From Octopus sinensis (taxonomy: Eukaryota): 64,000 nucleotides of DNA. The DNA lies in NCBI RefSeq assembly GCF_006345805.1, contig NC_043002.1:4898001-4962000 (forward strand), given 5' to 3'. Below, one piece after another: positions 38,254 through 51,502 of this stretch. How positions within the stretch are numbered: the stretch's first letter is position 1; every line of letters starts with the position of its first letter. The notes below the pieces were generated by a model. It was given only the letters and a program-made list of their open reading frames with translations, made no database searches and was not told where the DNA came from. The position numbers were made by a program, and so were the translations under genes.

Positions 38254-39590
38254 GTTTCAAGCCTACGCTCTTCAACAGAAAGATACACAGAGAAAAAAAA
38301 CACAGAAAGAAGGAGAGAAAAAAATATGCGTGCAGTAACTAACGAATCAACATGGCGATCTGATTTCGGCCAGAAGTCAAAGATCAAACATGAGACGCAA
38401 GAGCGAAATTAGGGGAGATAATAGGGTTGAATGACCTACTCCAACATAAGGGTGTGTGTGTGTGTGTGTGTGTATGAGAGAGTATTAGTGCGCATGAGAG
38501 GTCTGGACGTGTGTATGTATATATGATGTGATGTGTAAAGTCGTGTGGTGTAGTGTGGAGAGAGGAGAAGAGGGGGGAAGAGAAGGGGGATGAAAGAGGG
38601 AGAGGGGGAGAGAGAAGGGGAGTGAGGGAGCAGAGGGAAGGAGGGAGGGAGAAAGAGGGGGAGGAGGAAAGAGGGAGAGGGGGAGAGAGAAGGGGAGTGA
38701 GGGAGCAGAGGGAAGGGGAAGAGGGAAGGAGGGAGGGAGAAAGAGGGAAGAAGGGAGAAAGAGAGAAGAAGGGAAGGGGAGTAGGGGTGAAAGGATGAAG
38801 GACTGAAGAGAAGTAGGGGTCGGGGGGAGGTAGGTGAGGAGGGGTAGGGGAGGTTTAGATGAGGAGGGGGGAGAGTTGAGACCAAATGGCGTATAAGAGC
38901 GAAGAGAGAAGATTAATTCCTGTTCACGGCGCAAACGGGAATCCGGATGGCCTCTGTGTAAGGACTAACCGAACACAGACAGGTGTTGCAAGGAGTGACC
39001 GGTGGAGCGGAAATGGCGTGAGACCGGTGTGTCGTTCGCAAGGTGGATGTCACGAAGGTGTCTGCGAACCGGTCAGCCAAGCGGCGTCCCGTTTGTCCGA
39101 TGTACAAGGAATGGCAGAGAGAGCAAGAGACGCAATAGATAATATTGCTGGAGGTGCAGGTGAAGGAGTTGATGATGCGATAGGGTCGATGATGGGTGCT
39201 AGTGAGGAGGGTGGTGTTGGAGAGGTAAGGGCAAGTGCGGCAACGTGGGCGGGAGCAGGGGACCGAGCCGGGTTGGGAGGTAGGGTCAGGGAAGGAGCTA
39301 TGGACTAAAAGGTCTCGAAGGTTGTGGGCTCGTTTGAAAGAGGGGAGGGGTCGGTTAGTGAAGAGGTGTGAAGTGGACGGGTCGGACTGGAGATGACGGA
39401 AAGCTCGAAGAATGGTGCGTTGGAGAGGTAGGGTCGTGGGGTGGTAAGTGAGGGGAAAAGGGAGGCGGGAGACTACAGGGCGGGTTCGGGGAGAGAGAGC
39501 AGATACACGGTCCACGGACCGTGCTCTGGCAAGGGCGGTGTGGATAGTGGTGAGGGGGTATCCACGTAGGGTGAAGTGGTGAGCTATACG
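38254..39590 (-). mobile_element. Penelope-like element 3' fragment (RT thumb + GIY-YIG endonuclease)
   Basis: FTLRGYP..., CSRPRCRTC zinc knuckle, NIIYCVSCSLCHSLYIGQTGRRLADRF GIY-YIG motif (38886-39589); frameshifted afterwards. Confidence 0.85.
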
Positions 39591-40160
39591 TTGAGACTGA
39601 GTCTCAAAGTCGTGGTCGTCACTACAGAGCCTGTGTGTGTGTATGTTTGTATGTATGTGTCTGTGTATGTATGTGTGTATGTATGTATGTATGTATGTTT
39701 GTATGTATGTATGTGTGTGTATGTATGTATGTATGTGTGAGTGTATGTATATATTAATCTCTTATTGATTTTGGTCTCACAAACTAGATTGTCAACTTCT
39801 AAAGATCCCTTACTCTCTCTTCCTCTCTCTCTCCTCCCTCTTCCCTCCCTCCCTCTCACTCTCTCTCTCTCTCTCCCTCTCTCTCTCTCCTTCCCGATCC
39901 CTTCCTTCTAACTCAATCTCTTATTCATCAGATAAGAGAATAACTGAAAATACAGGAGAAACCGGTGCCAAACAAATGACCAGAATTTGTTGCACCAAAC
40001 AATAAATGGATGCTCTACCAGTTCTGATAATAATATTCCAGCTGTTTAATCTACCCAACTACTTATTTATTGAATTATCGTGCAAGTGGCTGAGTATTCC
40101 ATAGACAGTGGTATCCTAACATAATCATTATTCAGAATCAATATGCTACTGTGTAAAAAA

Positions 40161-40375
40161 AGGGGTTGGACAAAATAATGGAAACACCTTAAAATTTCAA
40201 ACAAATTTATTTTAATATGGGGGAATGGTTGCCTTTGGCAGTAAAAACAGCTTGAATTCTACAAAGTATGGATTCGTATAAAGTTTGAGTTGTTTCCAAG
40301 GAATTTTTGTCCATTCTTCAGCTAAAACAGTCTCCAGTTCTTGTAGTTATGATGGTGGGTGGAGTTAATGGCTGC
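40161..40375. mobile_element. Possible Tc1/mariner terminal fragment
   Basis: AGGGGTTGGACAAAATAATGGAAACACC resembles Tc1-type TIR starts; no partner TIR seen. Confidence 0.4.
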
Positions 40376-40394
40376 AATCATTAATATATATATA

Positions 40395-41358
40395 TAATTA
40401 ATATTATCAAAGGGTTATCGGAAATATTAGACATGTCCATAACCAGTGGCCTAGCATGTAAAAATTTTGTCAATAGACTATATATTATTCATATAAATAC
40501 AGTGTACATTTAAACACATAAGAGGTAGCCATCATAGGACTACATACACGCTAGAGATGACAGTTAAATTCCAAACCACTATTAGAGATAAAAATCGAAG
40601 GGAATGAAAACTAAAAACATTTACCTTCTAACTTCTGGACCAATGGTTTCAGACTTCTTCTGCAAGTACACCTTAGATTAAATATTTATACACGAGGCAA
40701 TCACCTAACAAATTATTTTATTTGCTAAAAAAAGTCTGAAACCATTGGTCCAGGAGTTAGATGGTAAATGTTTTTATTATTCATTCCCTTCGAAATTTTA
40801 TCTCTAATAGTGGTTTGGAATTTAACTGTCCTCTCTAGCGTGTAGGTAGTCCTATGATGGCTACCTCTTATGTGCTTAAATATACACTATATTCATATGA
40901 ATAATATATAGTCTATTGACTAAATTTTTACATGCTAGGCTACTGGTAATGGAAATTTTTTATATTTCCGATTACCCTTTGATAATATTAATTATTGATA
41001 ATTTTTTGGATAATTTTCGAAATGAAAAAGCCAGCATATTTATTTACTGCTGACAGGGAGCTGCGCTTGCACGGTAGATTTGAAAAATTAGAATGTATAA
41101 CCACGGGGCATATTCTGGATTGCATCGTGTATATATATTTAATCTAAGGTGTACCGACTGAAGAAGGCTTCGCCTAGCAAATTATTTTATTTGCTAAAAA
41201 TAGTCTGAAACCATTGGTCCAGGAGTTAGATGGTAAATGTTTTTATTTTTCATTCCCTTCGATTTTTATCTCTAATAGTGGTTTGGAATTTAACTGTCCT
41301 CCCTAGTGTGTATGTAGTCCTATGATGGCTACCTCTTATGTGTTTAAATGTACACTGT
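40395..41358. mobile_element. Inverted-plus-direct triplicated element (pLTR-like), TA-flanked
   Basis: 40395-40656 is inverted relative to 40732-40994; third direct copy at 41135-41358. Confidence 0.75.
41142..41231 (+). ncRNA. Degenerate type I hammerhead ribozyme candidate
   Basis: CTGAAGA 41158-64; stem II AGGCT/AGTCT with TAGCAAAT/ATTTGCTA extension; GAAAC 41207-11; CATTG; GTC 41217-19; distal stem I ATCTAA/TTAGAT; proximal stem I mismatched. Confidence 0.45.
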
Positions 41359-42022
41359 ATATATATACATATATATGGATATATATGTGTGTTATGTATG
41401 AGTTCATCTGAGATAGGCTTTTGTCAGTTACTAAACTGAATTAAATAAAAGATACAAATTCATATTCAGTTTAAATACACATGTAGTTACATGTATGTGC
41501 TTGTGCGTAAGTATGTATGTCATAGAGGCAAGCATGGTTGACCAGTCAAAACGATTGTTCCATAATTGTGAGGTTCAAGGTTTGATTTCACTTTGTAGCA
41601 TCATTATTAGGTGTCTTATATCATAGCTTTGGATCAATGCAATATTTAAGATTGAAGCCAGCATTGGATCCATTGTCATATCTGTGTTGATATCAAATTC
41701 TTTGAAAGTTTGGTGTGTGTGTGTGTGTGTGTGTAAATAGACGCAAGGTTGTAAACTTTTATATACTTATTTTGTATTAACATTCAAATATTATGTAGTT
41801 TAATATAAGATACCAACATACAGAATTTAAAATGTATTTAGATGTATGTATATGATACATATAAAATACAAAACCACATCAAAAATCCAAACCCAAAATC
41901 TAGAGCAAAAAATGGAAAAAGCGGAACAAGGAAAGAAGAAGAAAGAAAAAAGGGAAACAAAAAAAGAAAGAAAAAGGAAAAAAACATCAATCCAACACAA
42001 AGTGCCTCATTTGGTCACAAAC

Positions 42023-42250
42023 TTATTTCTTTACTACCCACAAGGGGCTAAACACAGAAGGGACAAACAAGGACAGACAAATGGTTTAAGTCGATTATAT
42101 CGACCCCAGTGCATAACTGGTACTTATTCAATCGACCCCGAAAGGATGAAAGGCAAAGTCAACCTCGGCAGAATTTGAACTCAGAATGTAACGGCAGACA
42201 AAATACCACCAAGTATTTCGCCCGGTGTGCAAACGTTTCTGCCTGCTTAC
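42023..42250 (-). mobile_element. SINE family N
   Basis: Near full-length reverse-complement copy. Confidence 0.8.
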
Positions 42251-42319
42251 TGCCTGACAAGGTTCAACGGAACCTCCTGAAGCAGTCCAACACACTTGTG
42301 GCATTACCACAGGTGATGG

Positions 42320-43795
42320 CGAAGATAAGGCATTGGAACAGCCAAGTACCTTTACAGGCATCACCTGACATCTCGGTAAGGTAAGTCACCAACAATGTCA
42401 AGAACTTCACAGATAGCAGCCGAACCCCCACCAAACGTCTCTAATGCCACAGGCTGGAAGAGATGGTCCACTGACAGGTCCTGATACTTAAAGATTTTGT
42501 TCTGTTCAGCAATGGAAGCAGTGACCCCCCCCCCCCATTCACCACAGCATCCAAGATGTGGTGCGGAGAAATAGAGTCTTAGACTGTGATGTCCCAGTTG
42601 AGACACCTATTTCTTACCTAGGGATAAATGGTAAGGCCATCTGGCCTCTTCCCATCACTTCTGGATAATTCTGCTGGCTCCAGAACTGAAGAGATATCAA
42701 CCTGCGCCAGGGCTCGCTTAATGATTAAGTTTAGCTTGGTGTAACAAGCAAAACCACCAGCATTTAGGTGGCAAGACAAACCATGAAGACCCGTGGAGTT
42801 AAGGGGCCTACCACAGCAACATTTCAGTCTCTGATAGATGTTGGCTCCCACTCTGAGTGTGATAGAGATGCAGAGCTCATCTAGATTGAGTAGACCACCA
42901 ATGTTGGCTGCAGGCAGGGCATCAACCCAGTCACCCCAAGAATTTTACTCTAGCAGAAAGTAGGCAACATCTTGGAAATTGATTAGATTGATCAAGAAGT
43001 TGAAAGTGGCACCTCAGTGCATATTGTCCCATATTCTCTGCCTTTGTCTATCTTCAAATGTAACAGGAACTAACAAACTCAGCTCTCTCCACTGTAAGAG
43101 AGCTTTATTCAACTTCCTGTTGGAGGAGAAGATGTTGCCTTCTAAAGGGGAGTAAGCATGGATGGAAGAAAGAAAAGAGGGAAGAAACAGAGACGAGCAC
43201 TTATGTAGACCTAGGTCCCCAAACCATTTGGGTAAAGCCTGGTCACAGGACTTTGGAGAGAGTCTGACATTTGAGTTGAAAAGATGACATTTGAGTTAGA
43301 AAGGTGACAAGAATCTATAAGAGGGACTAACTCTGAGAAAATACAATAACTAAGAAATCATCAAGTAATTCCTAAGTTTAAAAAGCCTTGGTGGGGGTCA
43401 ATTATCTCAAGGCTTTTTAAAAGTTTGTCATCTTGAATTGAAAGATGGAGTTGAAATCTCAGTCAGTAACTGGGGCTCCAAGAGAGCAGCATAGTGATGG
43501 AGGAGGAACTGCAAGTTAGGGGAAAGAGTCTGTAAACAGGTTTACAGTCTGCTGATGTGAAGCTGGATAGTTGAGGAGCCAGAGCTCGCATTTGGAACTG
43601 TTGACACTAAGGCTCCTATGACCAAGTTCCTGAATCATCGTCCTTGCAGTTGCAAGGACTTTGTCAGGAGGGAACCCCAAACAAGCAACATCAAGATACC
43701 AGACATTCAAGTCCAGGCCAGCTTCCATCTTAGTAACATTATTAATACCCAATGCAAATAGAGCAGGTCTAAATGGGTCACCCTGTTGGACAGCA
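42320..43795 (-). mobile_element. Decayed CRE-clade (restriction-like endonuclease) non-LTR retrotransposon
   Basis: VQQGDP..PALF, VWYLD RT motifs; C-x-CG..GLHGLSC zinc knuckle; DGKRPDGLT; KIFKY..FQPVALETFG. Confidence 0.75.
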
Positions 43796-43797
43796 GA

Positions 43798-44302
43798 GGC
43801 ATCATCATTATCATTGTTGGACCGTGGTCGAGACAATGGAATTTACTATGTTACATCAGACCTCACGGTCCATCATAGCATCATGGAGGTCCAGTTGCTG
43901 GATACCTGTATCCCTGGAGATTACGTCAGGGTAGGAGAGTGTGCACCCTCTGGTATCGCGAGCAGATGGCTTCCAGAGGAGAAGAGTAGAAATTACCTCG
44001 TTTTCAGCTCTATAACAATGTCCAGCAAACTGGACTCTTCTATCTTTCACAAGAGATGACACAGGTGGTAGTTTCCCATATATTTGTACTTTGGTTGGAT
44101 GACGCTTCCACAAGAGATTTTGAGCTCTCATAAGGAGGCGAGTGTAAGTTCCATCCAACCGCCTCTCAAGCTTCTTTGATAACATCCAGGTTTCTGAGCC
44201 ATATAGTAGAATTGGTTTGACTGTGACTTTGAAGATTTTAAGGCAGATGAGATGAGATTGTGACCAAAGGAGAGGTAGGAGGGCTCCCAGTAAGCTTACC
44301 AA
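43798..44302 (-). mobile_element. RTE-clade LINE 3' fragment
   Basis: PILLYGSETW..RRVQFAGHCYR; (GAT)n tail. Confidence 0.85.
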
Positions 44303-44665
44303 ACAAAATGATAGAGCTGTGGGCCATTCTCCTTTACAGCAGTGTGGATGAATCCCAAGGATTAGTCCAGACGTTTACATCAGTCGAAGAAGTTGACTGA
44401 TACTCACCATTTTGGCAGCTTAGAGGTAAATGGCAATGTTTACCTGAGTGCTGTTTGAACTTAAAACTTAGATAAGCACAGACACACATGCTTGTGAGTG
44501 AGTGTGTGTGTGCATGTACATGTGTGTGTGTGTGTGTGTGAATGTAAACGATAGGTACTTTTCTATCATTGACAACTATTTTTTTAACTAAAGGATTAGT
44601 AAATAAACTATCAATTTTATATATACATATTTATACATTTAAATGGTATGTGTATCTGTGTGTGC

Positions 44666-44701
<36 letters not shown>

Positions 44702-44715
44702 GTATATACTTTTTT

Positions 44716-45118
44716 TTTTTACTTTTTACTTGTTTCAGTCATTTGACTGTGGTCATGCTGGAGCACCACCTTTTAGTCGTGCAAATCGACCCCAGGACTT
44801 ATTCTTTGTAAGCCTAGTACTTATTCTATCAGTCTCTTTTGCTGAACCGCTAAGTTACGGGGACGTAAACACACCAGCATCGGTTGTCAAGCGATGTTGG
44901 GGTGACAAATGCAGACACACAAACATAGACACACACACACACACATATATATACATATACACGACGGGCTTCTTTCAGTTTCCATCTACCAAATCCACTC
45001 ACAAGGCTTTGGTCGGCCTGAGGCAATAGTAGAAGACACTTGCCCAAGGTGCCACGCAATGGGACTGACCCCGGAACCATGTGGTTGGTTAGCAAGCTAC
45101 TTACCACACACCCACTCC
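44716..45118 (-). mobile_element. SINE family B, full length
   Basis: Reverse-complement head to tail. Confidence 0.85.
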
Positions 45119-45336
<218 letters not shown>

Positions 45337-45879
45337 GACAAACATGACATGGGAATTCAGCCGGGGCATCGGCCCAGGCCCTGGAGCCCTAAGGGCGGGT
45401 CCAGGCATTCAAGAAGGGTCCTTCTGAATATTTGACAAGAGGTGGAGAGGCCCCACCCGCTTCCAGGATAAAGACCAACGACAACTCCTACCTACTCAGA
45501 AAAAAATTCCCTTTCTCGTATATATTATATATAATCGTACTTCGATACGGTTATGATGTAACTTTGGAGACGGTTGCCGTCCGCCTGGTCCGAGAAGGCT
45601 TATGGCGAGAGACACTTAAGTATTACCATCCAGTTTTTTTTTTTAGTATTATTACTTAAGAGAATAGTGAACCGTTGTCAATCTTTTCCAATTTGTATTT
45701 ATATTTTTTTATTATTATTTAGTTTGTTTTTGCTTAAGATGTTAAAATATGGTTTGAGGGAGATTTGACGATGATCGTGATTGTGACAATGTGACTGAGA
45801 GAGGCAAAAAGTAAAGAAAATGAGAGAGTAAAAGAAAGAGAGAGAGAGAGAGAGAGATTGAGTGACAGACAGGGACTTG

Positions 45880-46060
45880 TGTAATTGGACAGGAATGACG
45901 TCAAAATTTAAAAATAAACCACGATTGCACCACATCCGTGTTAGTATTTTTATACTTTAGATCTTATAAGGACCGCCGAAGGTAACACGCGTCTTTACGT
46001 TTTCTCCACGTTTTTCATTATTATTTTCTTATTATTTTGGCTATTTCGATCTAATTGGAT
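45880..46060. promoter_or_regulatory. Candidate promoter/enhancer: CRE + C/EBP site + inverted CCAAT boxes
   Basis: TGACGTCA 45896-45903; ATTGCACCA 45924-45932 (T[TG]NNGNAAT on the minus strand); ATTGG at 45884 and 46054; locally CpG-richer unique sequence. Confidence 0.45.
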
Positions 46061-46303
46061 TAGCATTTTAGCAATATTGATTAATGACACATAACTTCAC
46101 CCGCCTCGAAAAAGAAAACTTTTTTTTTTCGTATTGTTATTGAATTTACCGATGTTTCCAAACACTTGAAATTATATTCTTCGTTCAGTCGCTCATATAT
46201 TTTCCTCATTTTCCTTCTCTTTCATGCCATTTAGTCCATACTCCGTTTATTTGATGTAGTAATTCTAAATTGTCATTTCAAAAAAAAAAAAAAAAGATCA
46301 CCA

Positions 46304-46366
<63 letters not shown>

Positions 46367-46394
46367 GTATGTATGTATATGTTTGGAGATAATC

Positions 46395-46758
46395 GGATGA
46401 ATGAAAAATTTATTTGTGTGTTAAAAAATGTTGAAAAATTTCTTTTTAAAACATTACAATGTAAATAAATTTATTATAAGTTGTAAAGCTCGAAAAGAAT
46501 TTAAAAGAAAAAAATACATATGCTTCTGTGTTATTCCCTAGTTAAATAGAAATCAAATATTTGGTCATGATTTTTTGTAGCATTTAACCAAATGCTTAGA
46601 ATTTCTAATTAATTAGGGGATAACACAGAAACATGTAGGTAGTTTCTTTTTAATTCTTTTTGAGCTTTACAACTTATGATCAATTTATTTGTATTGTAAT
46701 GTTTTAAAAAGAAAATTTTCATCAGTTTTTAACATACAAATAATTTTTTCATACATCC
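46395..46758. repeat. Imperfect inverted repeat, ~155-bp arms (MITE-like)
   Basis: ..GTTGTAAAGCTCGAAAAGAATT.. versus ..AATTCTTTTTGAGCTTTACAAC.. Confidence 0.8.
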
Positions 46759-47734
46759 AGTTCTCTCCATTTTCTTAACTTCAATATTAAAAATATATAT
46801 ATAATTACAATAATCCCTTACATATACATGATCCCTAAGGAGATTATAACTCCCTCGAATTGGCTATATATATATATATATATCTATATATATATATATA
46901 TATTTATATTTGAGCATGTGGTCACGGTTGTTAGAGCGTTTAATGATCAGATCAGACCCTAACTATGGGTGTGTGTATTTATTTTGTGAATATGTTTTGT
47001 TAACCATTTCTGAGAAATATAGAAACATATGCAGTTTTTTTTTTTATTCTCTTGTTTATTTAACCACCGAAATCACTAACCCGCCCCCCAGCCTCCTGAT
47101 CGACATCTAATTTCGTCTAAAACCTATGTTAGTTGTTCCTCAAAGGCTTAAATTAATGGAACGGTGTCATTAACCAGATCGCAAGTGCGCGACGAATTTC
47201 TTTTGACGCATTTCAAGTCCTCACAGAAAGTGGAAGTGGGTGTGATTGTTGTTATGGCTTTTCCACGCTGTCCTTCTAAACAGCTTCTACACACGATCCC
47301 TCAAGCAAGTTGTGTAAAAAAGTACAACTCCAGAATAATATAGATAATAATCGTTTGGTCTTAAGTACATTTATTTCTTGTTTCACCACCCACTTTTTTG
47401 CTGTTGTCACTGCCCGCATCGTCATGCGAAAACCGGCCAACTTACTGTTGTGTATATTGTACAGTTGCAGAACGGGGGCATTTTATCCTGCCGCCGTTCT
47501 TTATAAGCTGTCCCGTGCGTGAAGAACTACACACACACATACACTCGCACACACACACACTCGCACACATACACTCGCACACACACACACTCGCACACAC
47601 ACACACGAATTATTGGCTGTGAAGCAACATAAGTAACTGAAATGTTCCAAAACATTTGTTCAAGCCTAAATTTCACAAATTCTTTTTTGCCTGAAACCTG
47701 GTTTTTGGGTCACTTATATAGCTTCACAGTTTAT

Positions 47735-47750
47735 ACACACACACACACAC

Positions 47751-47782
<32 letters not shown>

Positions 47783-47799
47783 GTATGTATATATATATG

Positions 47800-47860
<61 letters not shown>

Positions 47861-47921
47861 GTATATATGTATGTATGTATATATGTATATATGTATGTAT
47901 ATATGTATGTATGTATGTATG

Positions 47922-47955
<34 letters not shown>

Positions 47956-47969
47956 TGTATATATGTATG

Positions 47970-48000
<31 letters not shown>

Positions 48001-48118
48001 ATATGTATGTATATATGTATGTATGTATATATGTATGTATATATATATATGTATGTATATATATATGTATGTATATATATGTATATATATATGTACACAT
48101 ATGTATATATATTGTATG

Positions 48119-48151
<33 letters not shown>

Positions 48152-48456
48152 ATATGTATGTATGTATGTATATATGTATGTATATATGTATGTATATATG
48201 TATGTATGTATGTATGTAGTATGTATGTATGTATTATGTATGTATATATGTATGTATGTATGTATGTATGTAGTATGTATGTATGTATGTATATATGTAT
48301 GTATGTATGTATATATGTATGTATGTATATATATATGTATGTATATATATATGTATGTATGTATATATATATGTATATATATATGTATATATATATGTAC
48401 ACATATGTATATATATGTACACATATGTATATATGTACACATATGTATATATATGT

Positions 48457-48528
<72 letters not shown>

Positions 48529-48563
48529 TGTATATATATGTACACACATATGTATATATATGT

Positions 48564-48654
<91 letters not shown>

Positions 48655-48685
48655 TATATGTATATATATGTGTGTGTGTATGAGT
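47735..48685. repeat. ~950-bp compound (TA)n/(TATG)n/(CA)n microsatellite
   Basis: Direct reading. Confidence 0.95.
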
Positions 48686-48694
48686 ATATATGTG

Positions 48695-48860
48695 CCGGAG
48701 ACACGTAAAAAGCACCCACTACACTCTCGGAGTGGTTGGCGTTAGGAAGGGCATCAACCTGTAGTAACCCTGCCAGATGAGATTGGGGCCTGGTGCAGCC
48801 TGGTGGTTTCCCAGACCTCAGTCGAACCGTCCAACCCATGCCAGCATGGAAAACGGACGT
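48695..48860 (+). mobile_element. SINE family C, 3' part
   Basis: Core sequence. Confidence 0.75.
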
Positions 48861-48982
48861 TTCGTAAAATACTTTTCTATTCCTGGGCGTTATACTAATA
48901 CATCTGTTTGTCTTGTACACCACCTGTCTTCGTCTTTTATTATTTTTTTTCGTAAACTCCCCCCCTATATATATATATATAT

Positions 48983-49155
48983 ATATAAAATATTATTAGA
49001 GACAAAACCACTATTTTGCAAAACAAACAAGGAAAGACTTAATCAATACATAAAATTTTAATAAATATTGACTATTATTAAAATTTTATGTATTGATTAA
49101 GTCTTTCCTTGTTTGTTTTGCAAAATAGTGGTTTTGTCTCTAATAATATTTTATA
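48983..49155. repeat. Inverted repeat of the TA-flanked CCACTATT/AATAGTGG family
   Basis: ~80-bp arms; ends shared with 29386-30126. Confidence 0.85.
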
Positions 49156-49234
49156 ATATTTTACTATAAAATCGATTTAATCCTAAATCTGATTTTTTCC
49201 CTGTAAATTTGGATTTATTCCCTAATTATTATAT

Positions 49235-49267
<33 letters not shown>

Positions 49268-50032
49268 TAATATATATATATATATATATTCACATATATA
49301 CATACACACGCATGTATAATGCGCACCCACGCGTAATTCATAATCTAATTTGCATGGAGTTTTTTTTCCCCTTCTGACGTAGATATTACAAAACCGTGTT
49401 AATTGCGTTGTACGAAACATCATGTCGCTACTGTTATATCTTAGATTCATCTCCCACCGGAGCCGAGTTGGCCTTTCATCGATAAATACGTACGGTATTG
49501 ATTATATCGACTATACCATATATTCTTATGCAACAAATTGCTTGTGTGTCGACACGATGCCAATGTCCATAGAGAAGAGGCGGGAGATGTTTAAGGCCTT
49601 AACGAACCTTATAACATCATCTTGCTTTCAACACAAAATCAAATGGTGAGATATCGAGTTAAAGAAATGTGTTGTCTGGTTTTTATTAGTACCCGTGTAC
49701 CAACCTACAAACACCGACCTATTTCTCTATTATTACGTCACTTGAGAACATAGATTACGAAAGTGGGTGTGCTATCGGCATTCTCTAGCCAGTTGACCCG
49801 GTTTCGATTCTTGGTTGGACTTGTTTGACTTCGCGTTGTTTAATGCCTTTTGGAAAAGGCAATGTTTGTGATGGTTAAATAGGTGTTCATTAGTTGGACC
49901 ATATTCGTAAAAAGAAAAAAAAATCAGCCCCATATTACATCATAAAGATCGCAGCAGTTGTTTAATCTTATTTTGACTGAACAGACATGATCGAAAATAT
50001 ATATACATATGTGTGTGTGTATATATATATAT

Positions 50033-50140
50033 ATAATAACAAAGGGTAAAATTAATTAACTAGTATTCAATAATTTCGCCAAGTAGAAATCGAAATTATT
50101 GATTACTAGTTAATTAATTAATTTTACCCTTTGTTATTAT
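50033..50140. repeat. Short inverted repeat
   Basis: ATAATAACAAAGGGTAAAATTAATTAACTAGTA.. versus ..TACTAGTTAATTAATTAATTTTACCCTTTGTTATTAT. Confidence 0.85.
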
Positions 50141-50179
50141 ATGTGTGTGTGTGCCGGAGACACGTAAAAAGCATCCACT

Positions 50180-51160
50180 ACACTCTGACCGAAAATCTGG
50201 CTGCTATTTATAGCAGGTCAAGCAATCTCATAATCTTCGTCAGGGTTGTTGTTTGATTATAGGTTGAGTTGTCCTTATTATCCCAGACATTCTAACCGTG
50301 ACCATCCTGCCTTTTCAGACATATTTCAGACTACATCATCCACAATTGCATCTTTTTTTTTCAGATGATCGTAAAGTATGATCAGAGAGATGTAGTTTTT
50401 GTTTTTGTTTATAGTTTATTTTGCCAGCCATCGCTATTGTTTAACCCTAGGTCAGCCCTAATGAAACAGACTTCCAACCAAAGACGTTCCAATGGTGATC
50501 GTCCCCGTTTTTTATTCAGACTGTGCTTTCCAGAAATGACGTTGGCTTCTTTATTATTTTTTTTGCTCGAAAGTCTGTAGGGTGTACTTTGGGAGAGATT
50601 TGATTATTATTTCTAGCATACTGAGCTGCCGTATGAAAGCCTTCTTGATAGCATGTGTCAAAAGTGCTGTGATGATGATGATGATGATGATTATAAAGAT
50701 TGTGTAGATTACTGAATATGGTGAATTTAAAGATTTCAAACTGGATTGACATAAGGCAGATTGAGGCAGTGACCTGTTATCTATCTTGACACTTCTGGTG
50801 TTGCAGATCTATGAATCAAATGCATTCCAGCCATGACCATCGTGCCTTTTTATATATACCATGCACTACATTGTCAAACGTGTTCTTTATTTAAAGTGGT
50901 AAGATGTGATTGAGCGAATTCAACTGTTATTTCTAGCAAGTGAAGTAACCACAAAGTAGTTTCTTTGTTGGCTTCACTCTATCTCTAGGTCAATCTTGAT
51001 CTCAAGTAGATCTATGATGAAAGCCTTTCCAGTTGTGACCATCTCATCTTTTTGGTTTGTGCTGGGAACACAGGACTACATTATCCAGCATACTTTTTTT
51101 AAGATGGTATGGTGTGATTTGAGGGAACTTGGCTGTTATTTCTGCATGGAAGCTCTCTCA
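50180..51160 (+). repeat. Degenerate copies of the dispersed repeat related to the 121-bp satellite
   Basis: TGGCTGCTATTT..AGCA, GTGACCATCC and GGTGTGATTTGAGGGA motifs recur. Confidence 0.6.
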
Positions 51161-51502
51161 TTGAACTGAGTAACGAGCAGTTAAGCTCTTGGCAAATTGT
51201 TTTCTTGGTTCAGCAGCAATTTTGGATAAGAGATAGGATCAGTGCCAATCAAATAATTATTGGTAATATCATTGAAACAAATAGAAGCAATACAGGACAG
51301 CAGCAACTTTTTAGTCTTGCCCCCCTCCCCCCCAAAAAAACACTGCACATCTATCTCGGTCTGATAGCATGATAAAATGCACCCAGTCCATGATATAGAG
51401 CGATTAGTGTTAAGAGGGTTATTCAAACTAAAACCATGTGAAAAATAACAATGAAAATCAGGATAGAATTGGCTGGTATTTCTCTGTTGATGTGCATACC
51501 AT

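Noticed and set aside
38553-38880. GA-rich ORFs (ERGRGGERRG repeats)
   Set aside because: Low-complexity purine tract with a short internal duplication, next to the Penelope relic
49775-49830. tRNA-like B-box GACCCGGTTTCGATTC
   Set aside because: No A-box or cloverleaf; probably a decayed SINE or tRNA fragment
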